DNA of 64,000 nt from Phoronis australis (taxonomy: Eukaryota; Animalia; Phoronida), in the NCBI GenBank assembly GCA_002633005.1, contig NMRA01000166.1:372001-436000 (forward strand), in the 5' to 3' direction. Every line of letters begins with the position of its first letter. The first letter of the stretch is position 1. Below, in pieces: positions 1-11,934 of the stretch. The notes beneath the pieces are model-generated. The model ran no database searches. It was not told the DNA's origin and saw only the letters and a program-made list of their open reading frames with translations. Made by a program: the position numbers and the translations under genes.

Positions 1-1896
1 CGACTACCGGTGTGCCCCCTAGTGGCAATTTTAGTTTTTTACGCTTACCTTTGTATCTTCAAAAGTATTGAACGGATTTTCATGAAATTTGGTATGTAGG
101 CACCTATTAGTGAGATGACGCTATCCTACTGTTTTCAGATGGATTCGACGTAGTTTGCGCCACCTAGTGGCCATTTTTACTGTTTTCGAGTCTGTATTTT
201 TGCGTCCACCCCTCTATCAACCAAACCGCTCAAAGGATGATTGTGAAAATTGGCGTGTATGTGCTTACTATAAGGAAGACAGCTGACAATGATTTTCAGA
301 CGATTTGGACTACTGTGGCGCCTCCTAGTGGCAGTTTTGTTTTTTTGCGCCCATGGCTGTATCTCCCAAACCGTTTGCAGGATCTTTACTAAATTTAGCA
401 AGTGTATTTATGTGATGTTGACAACGGACGATGACGACTTTAGGATGATTCTGATTACCGGTATGCCTCTAGTGGCAATTTTAGTATTTGCCTCTAGTGG
501 CAATTTTAGTATTTTACATTGACCTCTGTATTTTCATAGGTCTTCAGGTGTATACTTTGTGTTACTTCGTGACTGTGAAGGAAAAGTTCCAAGTAGAAAT
601 TTGTTTCTGGCATTCTAATGCTGTGCTAATCTCGTATGTTGGTAAATTTGTTTTTAATTCTATGTTTCTGTGGTGCTTTAAGCAACTGGTGTATAGGATG
701 TGCTTGTATTATGAAGATTACTCACATTTTACCCCTAGCCTATTGAGGAGACAATGACCTTGCCTTTCCATTTTGCAAAGTATGCCCTCTACTGGCCACT
801 TTATGGTACCAATAAACAACCCTAGAAGGATACCGTATGCGGTGCAATTGTGGGCGCATTTCAACGCTCCGCGTTGCTCTTGTTATTATTTTCGAATCTT
901 GCTGTATCATCCTTCTCTGCACAAAGAACGATAATGAAATTTCTCAATATTCATATGGAGGAGAAATCCATTGAGGCTGATTTTTGACTGATTTGAAATA
1001 TTGTAGCACCCCCTAGTGGCAATTCGATTTTTTGTCTCTGCCTCAATAATATCTACCAAGTTCCTTGATGTGTTGATATTTTCCTATTGAAGAGAGTACT
1101 GCTTATACTGATTTCAGAAGTCCCCTAATGGTAATTTAGGATTTCTTTTTGTATGCCTCAGTATCTGGTACTAAATTCATTGATAGATCTTCATGAAATT
1201 TGTTAATAATGAGCATGGTGGCAATAGTCAGTTCCAGATTTTTAGAACCAGTTTGATGCCTGTTATTCAGTGGAGGAAACTGGTTCTCAAAATGTTGGGA
1301 CTCCTGTAAGTGCTTGTAACTGGACACAGTGGTACTGTTTGGTGCAACCTCTAGCTGTTTACTGCAGCATCTATCGAGTTCTTTGGACCTTTATAAAGTC
1401 TAGCATGTTTGACCATATCGATGTGGCTACTGTGGCGCCCCTTAGTGGCAAATTATTGCATCTACTGTAACATCTACCAAATTCATGAATAGGTCATCAT
1501 GAATTTTGAACTACATGTTCCTAATGAGGAGAGCACAACTGGTGTTGATTTTCCAATGAATCCAACTATGGTGGAAATGTTTGACAGTGAACACCTCTTA
1601 TATCCTCACCGTATGCCATGTACATGGTGGGTGGTGCATATCAACACTCTGCATTGCTGTTCCATTTGTGTTTGTATTCCTTTACTTTCATTCAGTTGGT
1701 CTGGTAATATTCCTTACTGTGATAGGATTTTATTCCCGTTACCAGCTCAAGTCATCCAATGCATCGGGTTGTCATTTTCAATTTCATAGTTTTTGAATTG
1801 TTATATGTTTTTTGAACTCGCAATTTTAGGGTTGATCAACTCCCAATAAATGAGGAAGCATTTGCTTGAGCTGATGGTGGTTTCAATGCTCTTGTT
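1..1896. mobile_element. Degenerate tandem-unit repeat, probably a Helentron-associated (HINE/DINE-like) non-autonomous element; truncated by the window start
   Basis: Units of about 145-160 bp with recurring TTCATGAAATTTGG-like and GCGCC(A/C)CCTAGTGGC motifs; ends in ...ATGCTCTTGTT at 1886-1896, a terminus I associate with HINE-type repeats. The family call is inference. Confidence 0.5.
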
Positions 1897-1975
1897 CGTC
1901 ACATAAATAGAATCCTATCACGGTAAGGAATATTATGATTCCAATTTGATGAAAGTTATAGGCATAATTCAATTA

Positions 1976-3070
1976 CTGTGTTTGCCTTAATAAGCGCCCA
2001 TGCCCCCAAAGCGCCCCCCAGGCGTTTTCAGACTTCGCTAATATAAGCACCCAGCCCATGAACGTGTATACATGCGAAAAATGCCTTACCTACAGTTCTA
2101 AAATTCTACAATATTGTCTTCAATTTTTCAATAATATCCGACAGTCCTAAAAAAATCATTGTGTACGGAATTTGAAGACCATGAGCCTCGACGCTATGTT
2201 GGTATTTAGCCATGACTAAACACTTCAAACTTTCGCAGAACTCAAAAGTTTTGCTGATCTTGCGAGGAACGTGTCCCATTATGGTCAGGCCTTTCAGAAC
2301 AGACGCAGTGTACTTGTCAACAGGATTGTATTGTATTTTTCCCGTACAGGAATCCAGATTTCATTGTACGCTTGAAGACTACTAAAAAAAACTTGACCTG
2401 TGTTAGAAGCACGTGGCCAGGCAAACTTCAAAACAAACGTCACGTGACAACAACATTCATGTTCGGCCACAATTTTCTGGTGTTGCGGGGTGCGATCTAG
2501 CGCAGATTTGGACTTAATCTGCTGTTAATCCCAACTCCACAGGAACTTAAAAATCTTAGGGATGCAATTTGGAAAACTTAAGGAGGATTTCAGATAATTT
2601 GTTGAGTCGAAACTGTATTTTTATTCAAGAATTCAAGTTGCCCTATAGACGATTGCGAGGCAGCATGGCATCAGTTGGCGAGTTTTCGCCCTGGGATTTC
2701 CACACCATTTTCTGATAAAGGATGGTAATTTAACAACGAAGTTTGAGAGCAATGCACCATAATAGATCAAGTTTGAGTCTAATTCTGGAATAAAAACTTA
2801 CAAAAATTATCGACGTTGCGTCCGGATCTCACGGACTCAAACTTGATCCGTTTTCTCAACGGGATGTCTCAAAATTTTTCATGCTTTTAATGCACCACAA
2901 TCTTGTGGAACGTCTGTCATAGGTTACAGATACTCCGCAGAGCGTAAATTTGTTTAATCTTTGCTTCAGATTTCAACCATTTTGGAGACCGGGTTTCAAC
3001 CGCCTTAGGCTACAATAAGCGCCCCCCTCCCGAACTGAATTTTTCTGGGTGCATATTAGGGTGAATACGG
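1976..3070. mobile_element. Non-autonomous Tc1/mariner-pogo-like DNA transposon (MITE)
   Basis: Imperfect TIRs: CTGTGTTTGCCTTAATAAGCGCCC (1976-) versus reverse complement of the right end CCGTATTCACCCTAATATGCACCC; TA on the left and TG on the right (decayed TA TSD); subterminal AATAAGCGCCC repeats at both ends. Confidence 0.6.
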
Positions 3071-3222
3071 TGTTGTTTTCAGCGTGATAAACAATGTGAA
3101 ATATAAATTTAATTGTATTGTTCTGCAAAAAGGGAAAATAACTGCAGACTGAAGGGATTTGGTGGTTTACACATCTATCTGCTTCTCGACTGATGGTGCG
3201 AGTTGTCGTCTTTTTATTTTAG

Positions 3223-3371
3223 GTGGATCCATGAGCAGTCTAGAGGTGTCTGCTGCAGGGGACCTGAGTAGTCTGACAAGCATCTCTGTATCAACTATTG
3301 AGCAGTTGAGGGAGGAGGCAGTTAGTGTACTAAATGAAAGTTTTTACAAGAAACTCAACGAAATAGAACAG
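3223..3371 (+). CDS. Internal coding exon of an unidentified gene (GSMSSLEVSAAGDLSS...FYKKLNEIEQ)
   Basis: Polypyrimidine acceptor TTTTTATTTTAG, open frame, donor CAG|GTAAAC; the phase 0 end joins cleanly to the exon at 4855. Confidence 0.55.
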
Positions 3372-4854
3372 GTAAACACATTTACTGTCAGTGTACCTTG
3401 ATCTTAAGTGACTTCATGTACTCTGAAAACGTTCAAAGCAAGATGGATGCTTTATCGTGTTATTGCACAGCTCCCAATAACTGGCATGGATTAGCATTTT
3501 TAGGTTATAATAAATAATTAATTGCAGGCATATACAAGTTTTACCAGATGTGCGTATCCTGCTAAGGTGAGCACGTTGCACTGATTACCTGGAACCATTT
3601 TGGGTTATGGTTGATTTTCTGGCTGTCAACCCTAATTAGATGTCATGAAACAGGCTAAGCCTTCGCCTGGGTTTTATAGGAAAGACAAATGTCATGCCCC
3701 TGAAGATTTTGAACTTGTTATGCGCATATGATTTATAATTGCACAAGTCAGAGAAGTGGCATGTGAAGGTGGGAGCAGGTTCCAAATTCTGGAAGGGTGT
3801 AGGATATGAAAATGAGCATTTTTGTTATTGTTTATGCTCACATTGTATAGATACAACATTATAACACCACAAGTTGTTTGGCTTATACACCCGCACTCAT
3901 GGGGCCTCCCAAGACTTACATCTAAGTCAACAAATAAAAGATGCTTGGGAGTCCATTTATTTGCAAATTTTGTAGAATATGTATTTTCTCTTATGTAATA
4001 CTAAAAAAATCTGTATTTAACACAAGTTTCATTAATCTTGATATAAATGATATTTAAGTTCAGTACATATTGTGTTGAAAACTTGCTGAAGAGAATATCC
4101 TGACATGAAAAAATAAGAAATTTTACTTTTTGTGGACTGGAGCTGGTTTTTGCACATCTTATCCTTGTCCTAATTTTTCAGTCTGTCATGCAACTAGGTC
4201 AACCGGGTGCTCAGGTCAGTCACTCATGACCTGCTTACACAATGTCTGAAGTCTGAGCTCTATAGCAGATGTTAGGTGGTTGACTGATAACTATGTCTGG
4301 GTCATTTCAGCATTTTTATCTATATTGCTATCTAAGTTTGTTTTTTTGTAAATAATTGTAAGTAATTTATTTAGTGATTACAACACTGATCACTAACAGA
4401 ATTAAGGCAGATACTGCACAGAGACATTTAAAAGAAATATACTCGACCGACTGTAGAAATAGTAATCTAATTAGAGTTTAAGAAAATTTGAAAATAATGA
4501 AACATGAAATAAACTACAACACTTTGCCAGCAACAATATCCAGGCCTGTACTTGGACTTGTTACAAAATTTGAGGATCAAGATCATTCCATAGCTTACCA
4601 GCTCTGTTATGAAAGCATCGTTTTTGATTGTTGAGGGAAGATTTGGCCAATCTGCTATGGGTCGGGTTTACAAAAACAGTATTATCACACATTAGGTAGA
4701 CATGAGTTAGTTTGTTGTTATACTTGAACATTAGTGAACACTGAGGTATGAAAACATGCCCCCTTATCCAGTCTGTGCCAGTTGACTATGAAAAAGCATG
4801 TTTATTATTAAATGCATAGCAAACATCAGTTGTATTATATCTTTCTGATTACAG

Positions 4855-4938
4855 TGTTATGCAAAAGGCAAATCTCGCTTTGGATTTATTGGTGGTTTGG
4901 TGCGCAGGATTAAACGGATGATTAGACTACAAACATAA
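4855..4938 (+). CDS. Probable last coding exon of the same unidentified gene (CYAKGKSRFGFIGGLVRRIKRMIRLQT*)
   Basis: Acceptor CTTTCTGATTACAG, phase 0 open frame to TAA at 4936-4938, donor-like ATG|GTAACC 5 nt later; a further acceptor TTACAG near 7274 and AATAAA near 9228 could delimit a 3' UTR exon. Confidence 0.45.
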   Translation, partial: CYAKGKSRFGFIGGLVRRIKRMIRLQT

Positions 4939-6811
4939 CTATGGTAACCTTTTGTTTGTGATGGTATTATTGTTGATATTGCTGTTATTGTTATTATTAT
5001 GTTTTGGGATAGACTTGGAAAACTAGCCTTGAAAGTAACTTAGTTTAACTTTTTCGTATTGTTTGCTGTTGAATCATTATGCACTCCAGCCTGCAAAATA
5101 TCAGTTATTCTGTAAAAAGCTCTGTTTGCGATAACATTTCCAGATGCTAGCCAAAATGCACTGAAAGAAGTCTGCCAAAATGCACTTTGCTTTGTGAGAA
5201 AGAACTTTCATGTTGCGTACATTTTTGCTCAGTTTCTCGTTATAGTCACCCTTTTAGGCAGAAAACATGAAAGCTTATGATTTTGTTGCCTTTGATCAAA
5301 TTGCCTTGTATTCAGACAAAATGACCCAGAATCCTTTGTCCTGACAACTAAGCAGAAGACAAATTCATCATCACAATGGAGGAAAATTAACAGGAATTGA
5401 TTTAGTATCATGGTTAAGCCATTCTGTAATTAGAATTTTGCCATGTAAAAAGTGGTCACCACTAATTTATGTTGTTGACAGAATTTGATTTCACAGCGGG
5501 AAACTGGTACTTTGTCTGATTCCTTCCTCTTGTACTGTAAATGGGAGGCATGGATTTAGTGCCATGAGAAGGGATGAGATAAGAAAGAACTTCAGAATAA
5601 TGTTCCATAAAATAGGGCAGTCCTAAGACAACATATATACATTGTATCATTTGTTGTTCACTACAGGAACATAGCAACTGTTGCAGTGCATTGACATTTA
5701 AGTTTAGTGTTCTTTGTTATGACTGGTAGTTACAGACAAGGATTGGAGGAAATCACATGTAGTGATTAATACAATAATTGGACTTACCATCCCTCTGTTA
5801 CCCCGTCACTGGGCAGGCTGAATTAAAGCATTTAGAGTTGGAGTTTTGGAATTGTATTAATTGCTGGTGCTCACTGTAATTGACTTGTTACCATGAAAAG
5901 GGAGTAAAACGGTTCAAATAAATGTGCAACTTTATCTGGCTGACTTGCTTGATTTAGTTTCTTTGTGGCTGCTGGATATTTTTACACCCTGGATAAACTG
6001 TTGCGCAACTTAAGCCTACTTGCTATATTTAGCTTGTTTGTGACTGCTGGATATATTTTATACCCTGGATAAACTGCAACTCTATTTTATACCCTGGTCA
6101 ATCAACACCTGCAGTTCCTTTTATTTTTCAAACCTTGGCCTCAATTTATGAGCCCAGGCCTTGAATAGTACTGCAATTTTAATTCTGACCCTGATAAACC
6201 GTTGACTGAATTTCTGCTTTTAGCATTGAAAATGTTTGAGAGAACCTCCATGTTCTTGTAAGGGGGTGTATGCTAGTTATTTTTGTCCCTTGTGCAACAA
6301 GGAAGTGGTAAATCTTGCTAATATGTAGGAATTTTGGCATTGAATTCCTACATGGCTGGTGAGAGGTACCAATAGTTGCCAGGAGTTGAACTAGAGTGGT
6401 CTTGAAGTTGCATGGAATAAGTCTTGAACTACCCTCAAAAGTCTTTGTACAAACCATGTTAAGAGAAAACATTACTTTTTACAACTGGTGTAATTCAAGT
6501 TAGGTTGTTACTTGTATGAAAAAAGGGAATTTTTCCACCCACAGACAACATGTAATTATTGCCGTGAGTCATAATAACTACACTCCAAGATTAAGGTGCA
6601 TGTGTGTTACTTGTTTGAAAATGCATAGTTTTCATCCATTTGTTGGTTTTTAATTGAATTGAAGTTATGTGGTTCAAGTTTCATTACCCTACTAAAAGCA
6701 TTTTGCAAATTACAACACTACTTTAGAAATTCACTTAATCAGAGAATTAAATTGGCCACAATAGTAGTAAACAAAATGTAGCGATATTGAAATCAGTTGC
6801 CCAGATATATT

Positions 6812-7047
6812 CAGGGCTTGGAATTTTCCTCTTTAAGAGGATTTTCTCTTCTTTGGTTTCCAGTTTTCTCTTTTGTCTCTTTTTTGTCATTAATTTGACT
6901 TTATCTTGTGAAAATGTTTATTTCAGTTAGATTTCACAAACACAATAAACTATTTCTACCCGTATTACACAAGCCTATTTATTTGACGTAACGTTACGTC
7001 ACCTGGAAAATTTTCCTCTTTTTTGTCATTGATCACTCCAAGCCCTG
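6812..7047. mobile_element. hAT-like MITE, copy 1
   Basis: TIR CAGGGCTTGGA...TCCAAGCCCTG; flanks TATATT / TATAAT (6-bp near-duplication); homologous to 8565-8788. Confidence 0.75.
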
Positions 7048-8564
7048 TATAATGTTAACTCGATTTCTAGGTGGTAATATCATCTTTTATGTTTATCTAC
7101 ATTACTGAAATCAAATGTAAGAAATTATTTCCAGTGTACATTCTTACATACTTATGAACTTTTTTTACTTCAGTATTATTAGCCATTGCCCTGCTTTAAC
7201 TATTTATCAATGAACTGTTGTTCACAGAAATGATAATTAGCGGCTTGTTCATTGTTTCATTGTGTATATTACAGAATAAAGCATGATGCCACCATGGTCG
7301 TCATCATCTTCATCATGAATTTCTAATGACAGAAGGATGCTATGTATCAAGTGGCAATATTGTACCCCCGGAAGTATAGTAAAGAACATAAGGTGCCCAT
7401 ATGTAGGGAGTATGATGGCTGCGAGTGCAAACCTTCCCTAGCAGTTAAAGTTCTGTGATGCGTAACTGAAGAATCGCCCATGGGCAACTGAGTTCTGTGT
7501 CTACCTGGACAACCATGATATGTGCTTTTAATGACTCTGATGGATCTGTGACTGAGGGAAGTGTTGAGCAGGAAAGCTACAGATTGACTGAAGTTTTGCA
7601 CTGACCCGTTGTATTATCTAGCTAAAAAACCTAGCTCCAAGATCTTGTCAAAATGGATCAAAGTAGCTACACTAATTTGATTTTAAACCCTAATCACCCC
7701 GTGGTTGGATAGGGCCTCTGACTGAGTGTCACCGAATCCTGTTGTTTGCCTTCTTCTTATCTGCTGCGTTTTTGTAGCCAGTTTCATAAATTCTGAAATA
7801 GCCACACTATTTTGAGAAAATCGTGCACCCAAAGAAAGAGCCCTGTTTTTGAAATAGCTTAATGAATTTGGTGAAAAGTTTTTATTGCATTATTCACTTT
7901 GTAATAAATGTTGTTACTAACATAAATGTAATTTGGATAAGATGTATGTATAAATATTGTGTGCAGAACAAGTTGTAGGTTGTAAAGATCCAAAACTGTA
8001 CCTTTTGACTTCACCAGATGTGAACAGAAGTTGTTTTATACTCGAAGTACACTTCATATGGTACTGTGTTAGTAAGCACAAGGTGCGCTGTGGAAAACAT
8101 GGATTCAAGTTCAAATAAATTTTTTGTAGAAAGATGCATTTGGTGTTTTGTTATTTTCTCTACATAATCTGGTGAACTACAGGACCTGATCTGTTGCTTT
8201 CATTGTGTGCCTGACCAGGCCATTGTAGTGGTAATGTATGGGCAGACTCATCAGTCATTCATTTACAAGACTTCTTCAGAATATAGTGAGTTAATTGGGC
8301 AGTTTTAAAGTGAGGTTGGGTGTGTGACTGTGTGGTTTGGTTGCCTGAACGTTGCACTTGATGAAACAAGTTATGGGTACGTTTAACAGTTCAAAAAAAC
8401 TCTAGCTGCATTCAAGGTGGTTAAATATAGAGGTGAAGTTGACATTAGATCTTCTCTGATTTCAGAAGGTGAATTGATGTCAAGCCAAGATTTCATGAGG
8501 TTGGGATGTATTGTGTACAAACCATTAGGATAATATCAGTCACAGAACAAATAAAAGTCTAATA

Positions 8565-8788
8565 CAGGGCTTGGAATTTTCCTCTTTTGTTTTTGATTTC
8601 CTCTTATTTGATATAGTTTCCTCGTTTCTTTGGTGTATTTTTTATCATTATTTTGGCTATATTCATGCAAAACGTTTATTCCAGTTAAATTTTAGGCCAC
8701 AACATTTCTATTTCACAAGCCTATTTGTGGACCGATATAGTACCTGGAAAATTTTGCTCTTTTTTGTCATGGGTCATTCCAAGCCCTG
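8565..8788. mobile_element. hAT-like MITE, copy 2
   Basis: TIR CAGGGCTTGGAAT...ATTCCAAGCCCTG; flanks CTAATA / CAAATA; internal sequence similar to 6812-7047. Confidence 0.75.
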
Positions 8789-10093
8789 CAAATATTCTTA
8801 TCACAATTCTTGAAAATATCAGCGACAGGACTACATGAGAACAGCTCTTGTCCTAGTGGTCCTCTATTTCTACTCAAGGAACTCTCCTTGAGGTGTAACA
8901 AACTCCTTGTATGTACATTATGAATTGGGATGTGAATATTCGTTTGTTATACATTCCCCGACTGACATCCTGGTGAATATGCATATTTTATTGTTATTGG
9001 CATCTTGTTTCTTGGTTGTCTTCAATTTGTCTGCCATTATGTGACCAAATACGGGTGTTATTAGAACTTGTTTCTTATGGGAAGCACAAAATCAAAACAA
9101 ACGCAGACTTGTCATTTTTATGCAGAGTGTTCTCAGGTAACTGAGGCAGGAGTTGTCAGAACAGGTTGTGCCCATTATATCATTTTAGAATCAAATTTAT
9201 ATCGTCTTGTGAAATGAAGAAAGTTTCAATAAATTGAAAACTCAAGAAACTGCTCTCCATTTCTGTGTCGCTCAATCCCACTAAAACCAACAAGTAGTTA
9301 CTAATAGAGCCACTGAAGGTAATTACCCTTTCGTGGGCCGGGAAGGCATATTGCATTTTGGAGCATAAAAAGTTGATTGACTCCCAAGTTCATTCTTCAG
9401 CACTAACGGTTGTCTGACCTGAAGCCCCGAAGTTCAACTAAGACCAATAACTGCAGAAGTTTGGTTGTGTTTTTGATATCGAACGTTGCCAAAAACCAGA
9501 CTTGAGGCTTTTGACATTATCGATCTGACTGCAGTGGTCAGTGCTGCAATTCCCTGTACTGTCTAGTAGCTCCATCTAGAATTTGGTCACCGAACTAGTT
9601 CATGTTCAACACTGCGCTTGGACAGTTCAGTCTTCACAACCGCAGAAATCACTTCCTGTCTTGATAGCAGTAAGTGATCATAGTTAAATTCCTTTGGTGG
9701 TAGTTCAAAATTCGTAGCCTTTTAATTCATGCCTCCTATCTGTTCTCTGAACTCGGTGAGCTCATTTCTATAATAGTAATATCCTCAGGTTACATAAGCT
9801 CATTATATGCTCTAAAATTGTCATGTGTTAAAACAACATATCACAGCAACTATTTTAAGTAGGAAGTATGAACACAAAGTACTTTAAAAGCCCAAAAGTT
9901 TCTTGAGAAAACAATGTCAGACAGGGAGTGCGGGGGTGTTTCGGTCCCCGGCCGGGTTTCCTGTCAGAGGCGATGCCCAGGATCTCTGTTTCAAACGTCA
10001 GGGTTCGTGTTTTAATGCTGGTTAGCTGTTACAGTAGTTGAAGATACGATAGTGTCTGTTTTCGACTCCAGGATATCTGTGTGTTTACGCAAG

Positions 10094-11934
10094 GGCCCGG
10101 TCTCCAATCTTTTTACTCGAAATGGAACTCGAAATTAGGTTTGGCATTTTCTACTCTACTTTTGGGCGAACTCAAGATAAGTGTCTATTATTCTATCCTC
10201 GAGCACACAATAACTTACGTAGATAATTTATTGCCCTTGAGTTCACAGTTTGTAAACCCAATATTAAGGCAATAAGTTCGAGTTTGAACTCGAAATTTCG
10301 AGTTTTTACTCGAGTTTGTAGCACGAATATAAGGGTCTTCAAGGGCAAACTTGAACTAGAAACTCCTATGCATAAACTATAATGTATTCGAGCACAGTCT
10401 GATAACCAATTATCTTAAAGAGGTCGATTCACAGCTATTTAGTTGTAGTTAATATGTATACACATGTGCTGACTGTTAATAAAGATTGCTTATAAACCAC
10501 ATTTCATTTTATTTCATTCCCCATATTCTTTTATTATTCGAGTAAAACACGCTCCCACTTCCCCACAAAATTTCGAGAACAGAAAATTTTCAACTTCGGC
10601 TATCTTCGGAAACACGTCACGTCCGGAAGCGGACCCGATCACTGCCGAGTCTGTCCATAGGTTTGTACTGGGACTATCTGGCACAAATGGAAGCTTTCTG
10701 TTTGTTAGAATGGGTTTATTATGCAACTTTTGCCAATTAATTCTCTGAAATGTGACACATATGCNTTTAGTGGAGTGTCGCCGTATTCGGTGATATGGAG
10801 TAAACATTTTTCTGCAGACTGTTTCGAGGTCGACAGCCTGCAATCGCAGTATGGTTGGAGACCAAGGTAAGTGAAATTTTAGATAATATTCAAAACTGTA
10901 CATGCTGTCGCTTTGCGGAAGCTAGTAGGCCTTGGGCCACACTAGTAAGCGAACAACATTACTAATGGCGTATAACATCGGAGGACACTATCGGAAGCCG
11001 CTTTTCTTTTGAATTACGATTTTTGCAACATAATTGTGTGTAGTTGCTTGAATGCTACTTACCTCTCGTATCTTTGCAATTAAATAAACATTATGAGGAT
11101 TAAATTAATTCGATTGCGGGTGACTTTTATGGTTTCGACCCCCTCTCTGTTCAGTAATTACTTAAAATATATGTAAAATCAAAAATAAGCTTTTGTTATA
11201 AAATACAAATTGCAATCCATAATCTACAATAAAACTTATCCCGCCTTGCTTTCAACCTACGCAAATCAAGAAACGTAGGACAAAGCGGCAAATAGTCTTT
11301 GCATATCGCAGTTTATCCGTCTACCAGTCCCGATGTTTGAAATTGCTTTTTATTTAACTTGAAGTATTATAAATAAATCGAAAATAAACATATTCGCATT
11401 CAAACTCGCGGCATTGTTTTTGTTTTCCATTTACCTAACATGAAAAAACGTCTGAAGTTGTGCGGTCATTGTCTTCGGGATCCGTCGCTGTCTCTTCATC
11501 CAAAGCGACCGGGACACTTGCAGGCACTAGTTCGAACCTGCAGGGCCCGTTTATGTTGTCACGAACACGCTCACGATGGTCGTTGTGCATATTGTCTGTG
11601 TCCGACGCTAGTGTGACTGCGGTTTACTAGCCGACTTCATTCCTACAACACAGTTGTCTTCCGGACTCGACATCACAGACGCTTATGTAACCGCCTGGTC
11701 TGTTTTCAGACTCGGCTGAAGTCGGAGAAGGTCATTACTGCTGGGCTTATCTAATTAATCACGCTGAGTGGGCAGTAACTAGCCCAAGTAACGGGCTCCT
11801 GTAAGGCTATTCTTTGAGTTGAAAAGCAGTTGTTTTGGTGTGAAACTATGTCTTTAAGTTCGCACAAAAGGAGCAGAGAAATTGCCAAAAATAGTTTCGA
11901 GTTCGTTTCGAGTACAAAGATTAGAGACCAGGCC
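10094..11934. mobile_element. PIF/Harbinger-type MITE carrying a nested insertion
   Basis: About 43-bp TIRs: GGCCCGGTCTCCAATCTTTTTACTCGAAATGGAACTCGAAATTA versus reverse complement of the right end GGCCTGGTCTCTAATCTTTGTACTCGAAACGAACTCGAAACTA; 3-bp flanks AAG / CAG (CWG-type TSD with one mismatch). Confidence 0.8.
10419..11853. mobile_element. Kolobok-type non-autonomous element nested in the Harbinger MITE, with a THAP-domain remnant
   Basis: TTAA on both sides (10415-10418, 11854-11857); AG...CT termini with imperfect TIR AGAGGTCGATTCACAGC / AGACATAGTTTCACACC (12/17); plus-strand SPYSVIWSKHFSADCFE (THAP CxxHF motif, C>W) followed by donor GTAAGT at 10867. Confidence 0.65.
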
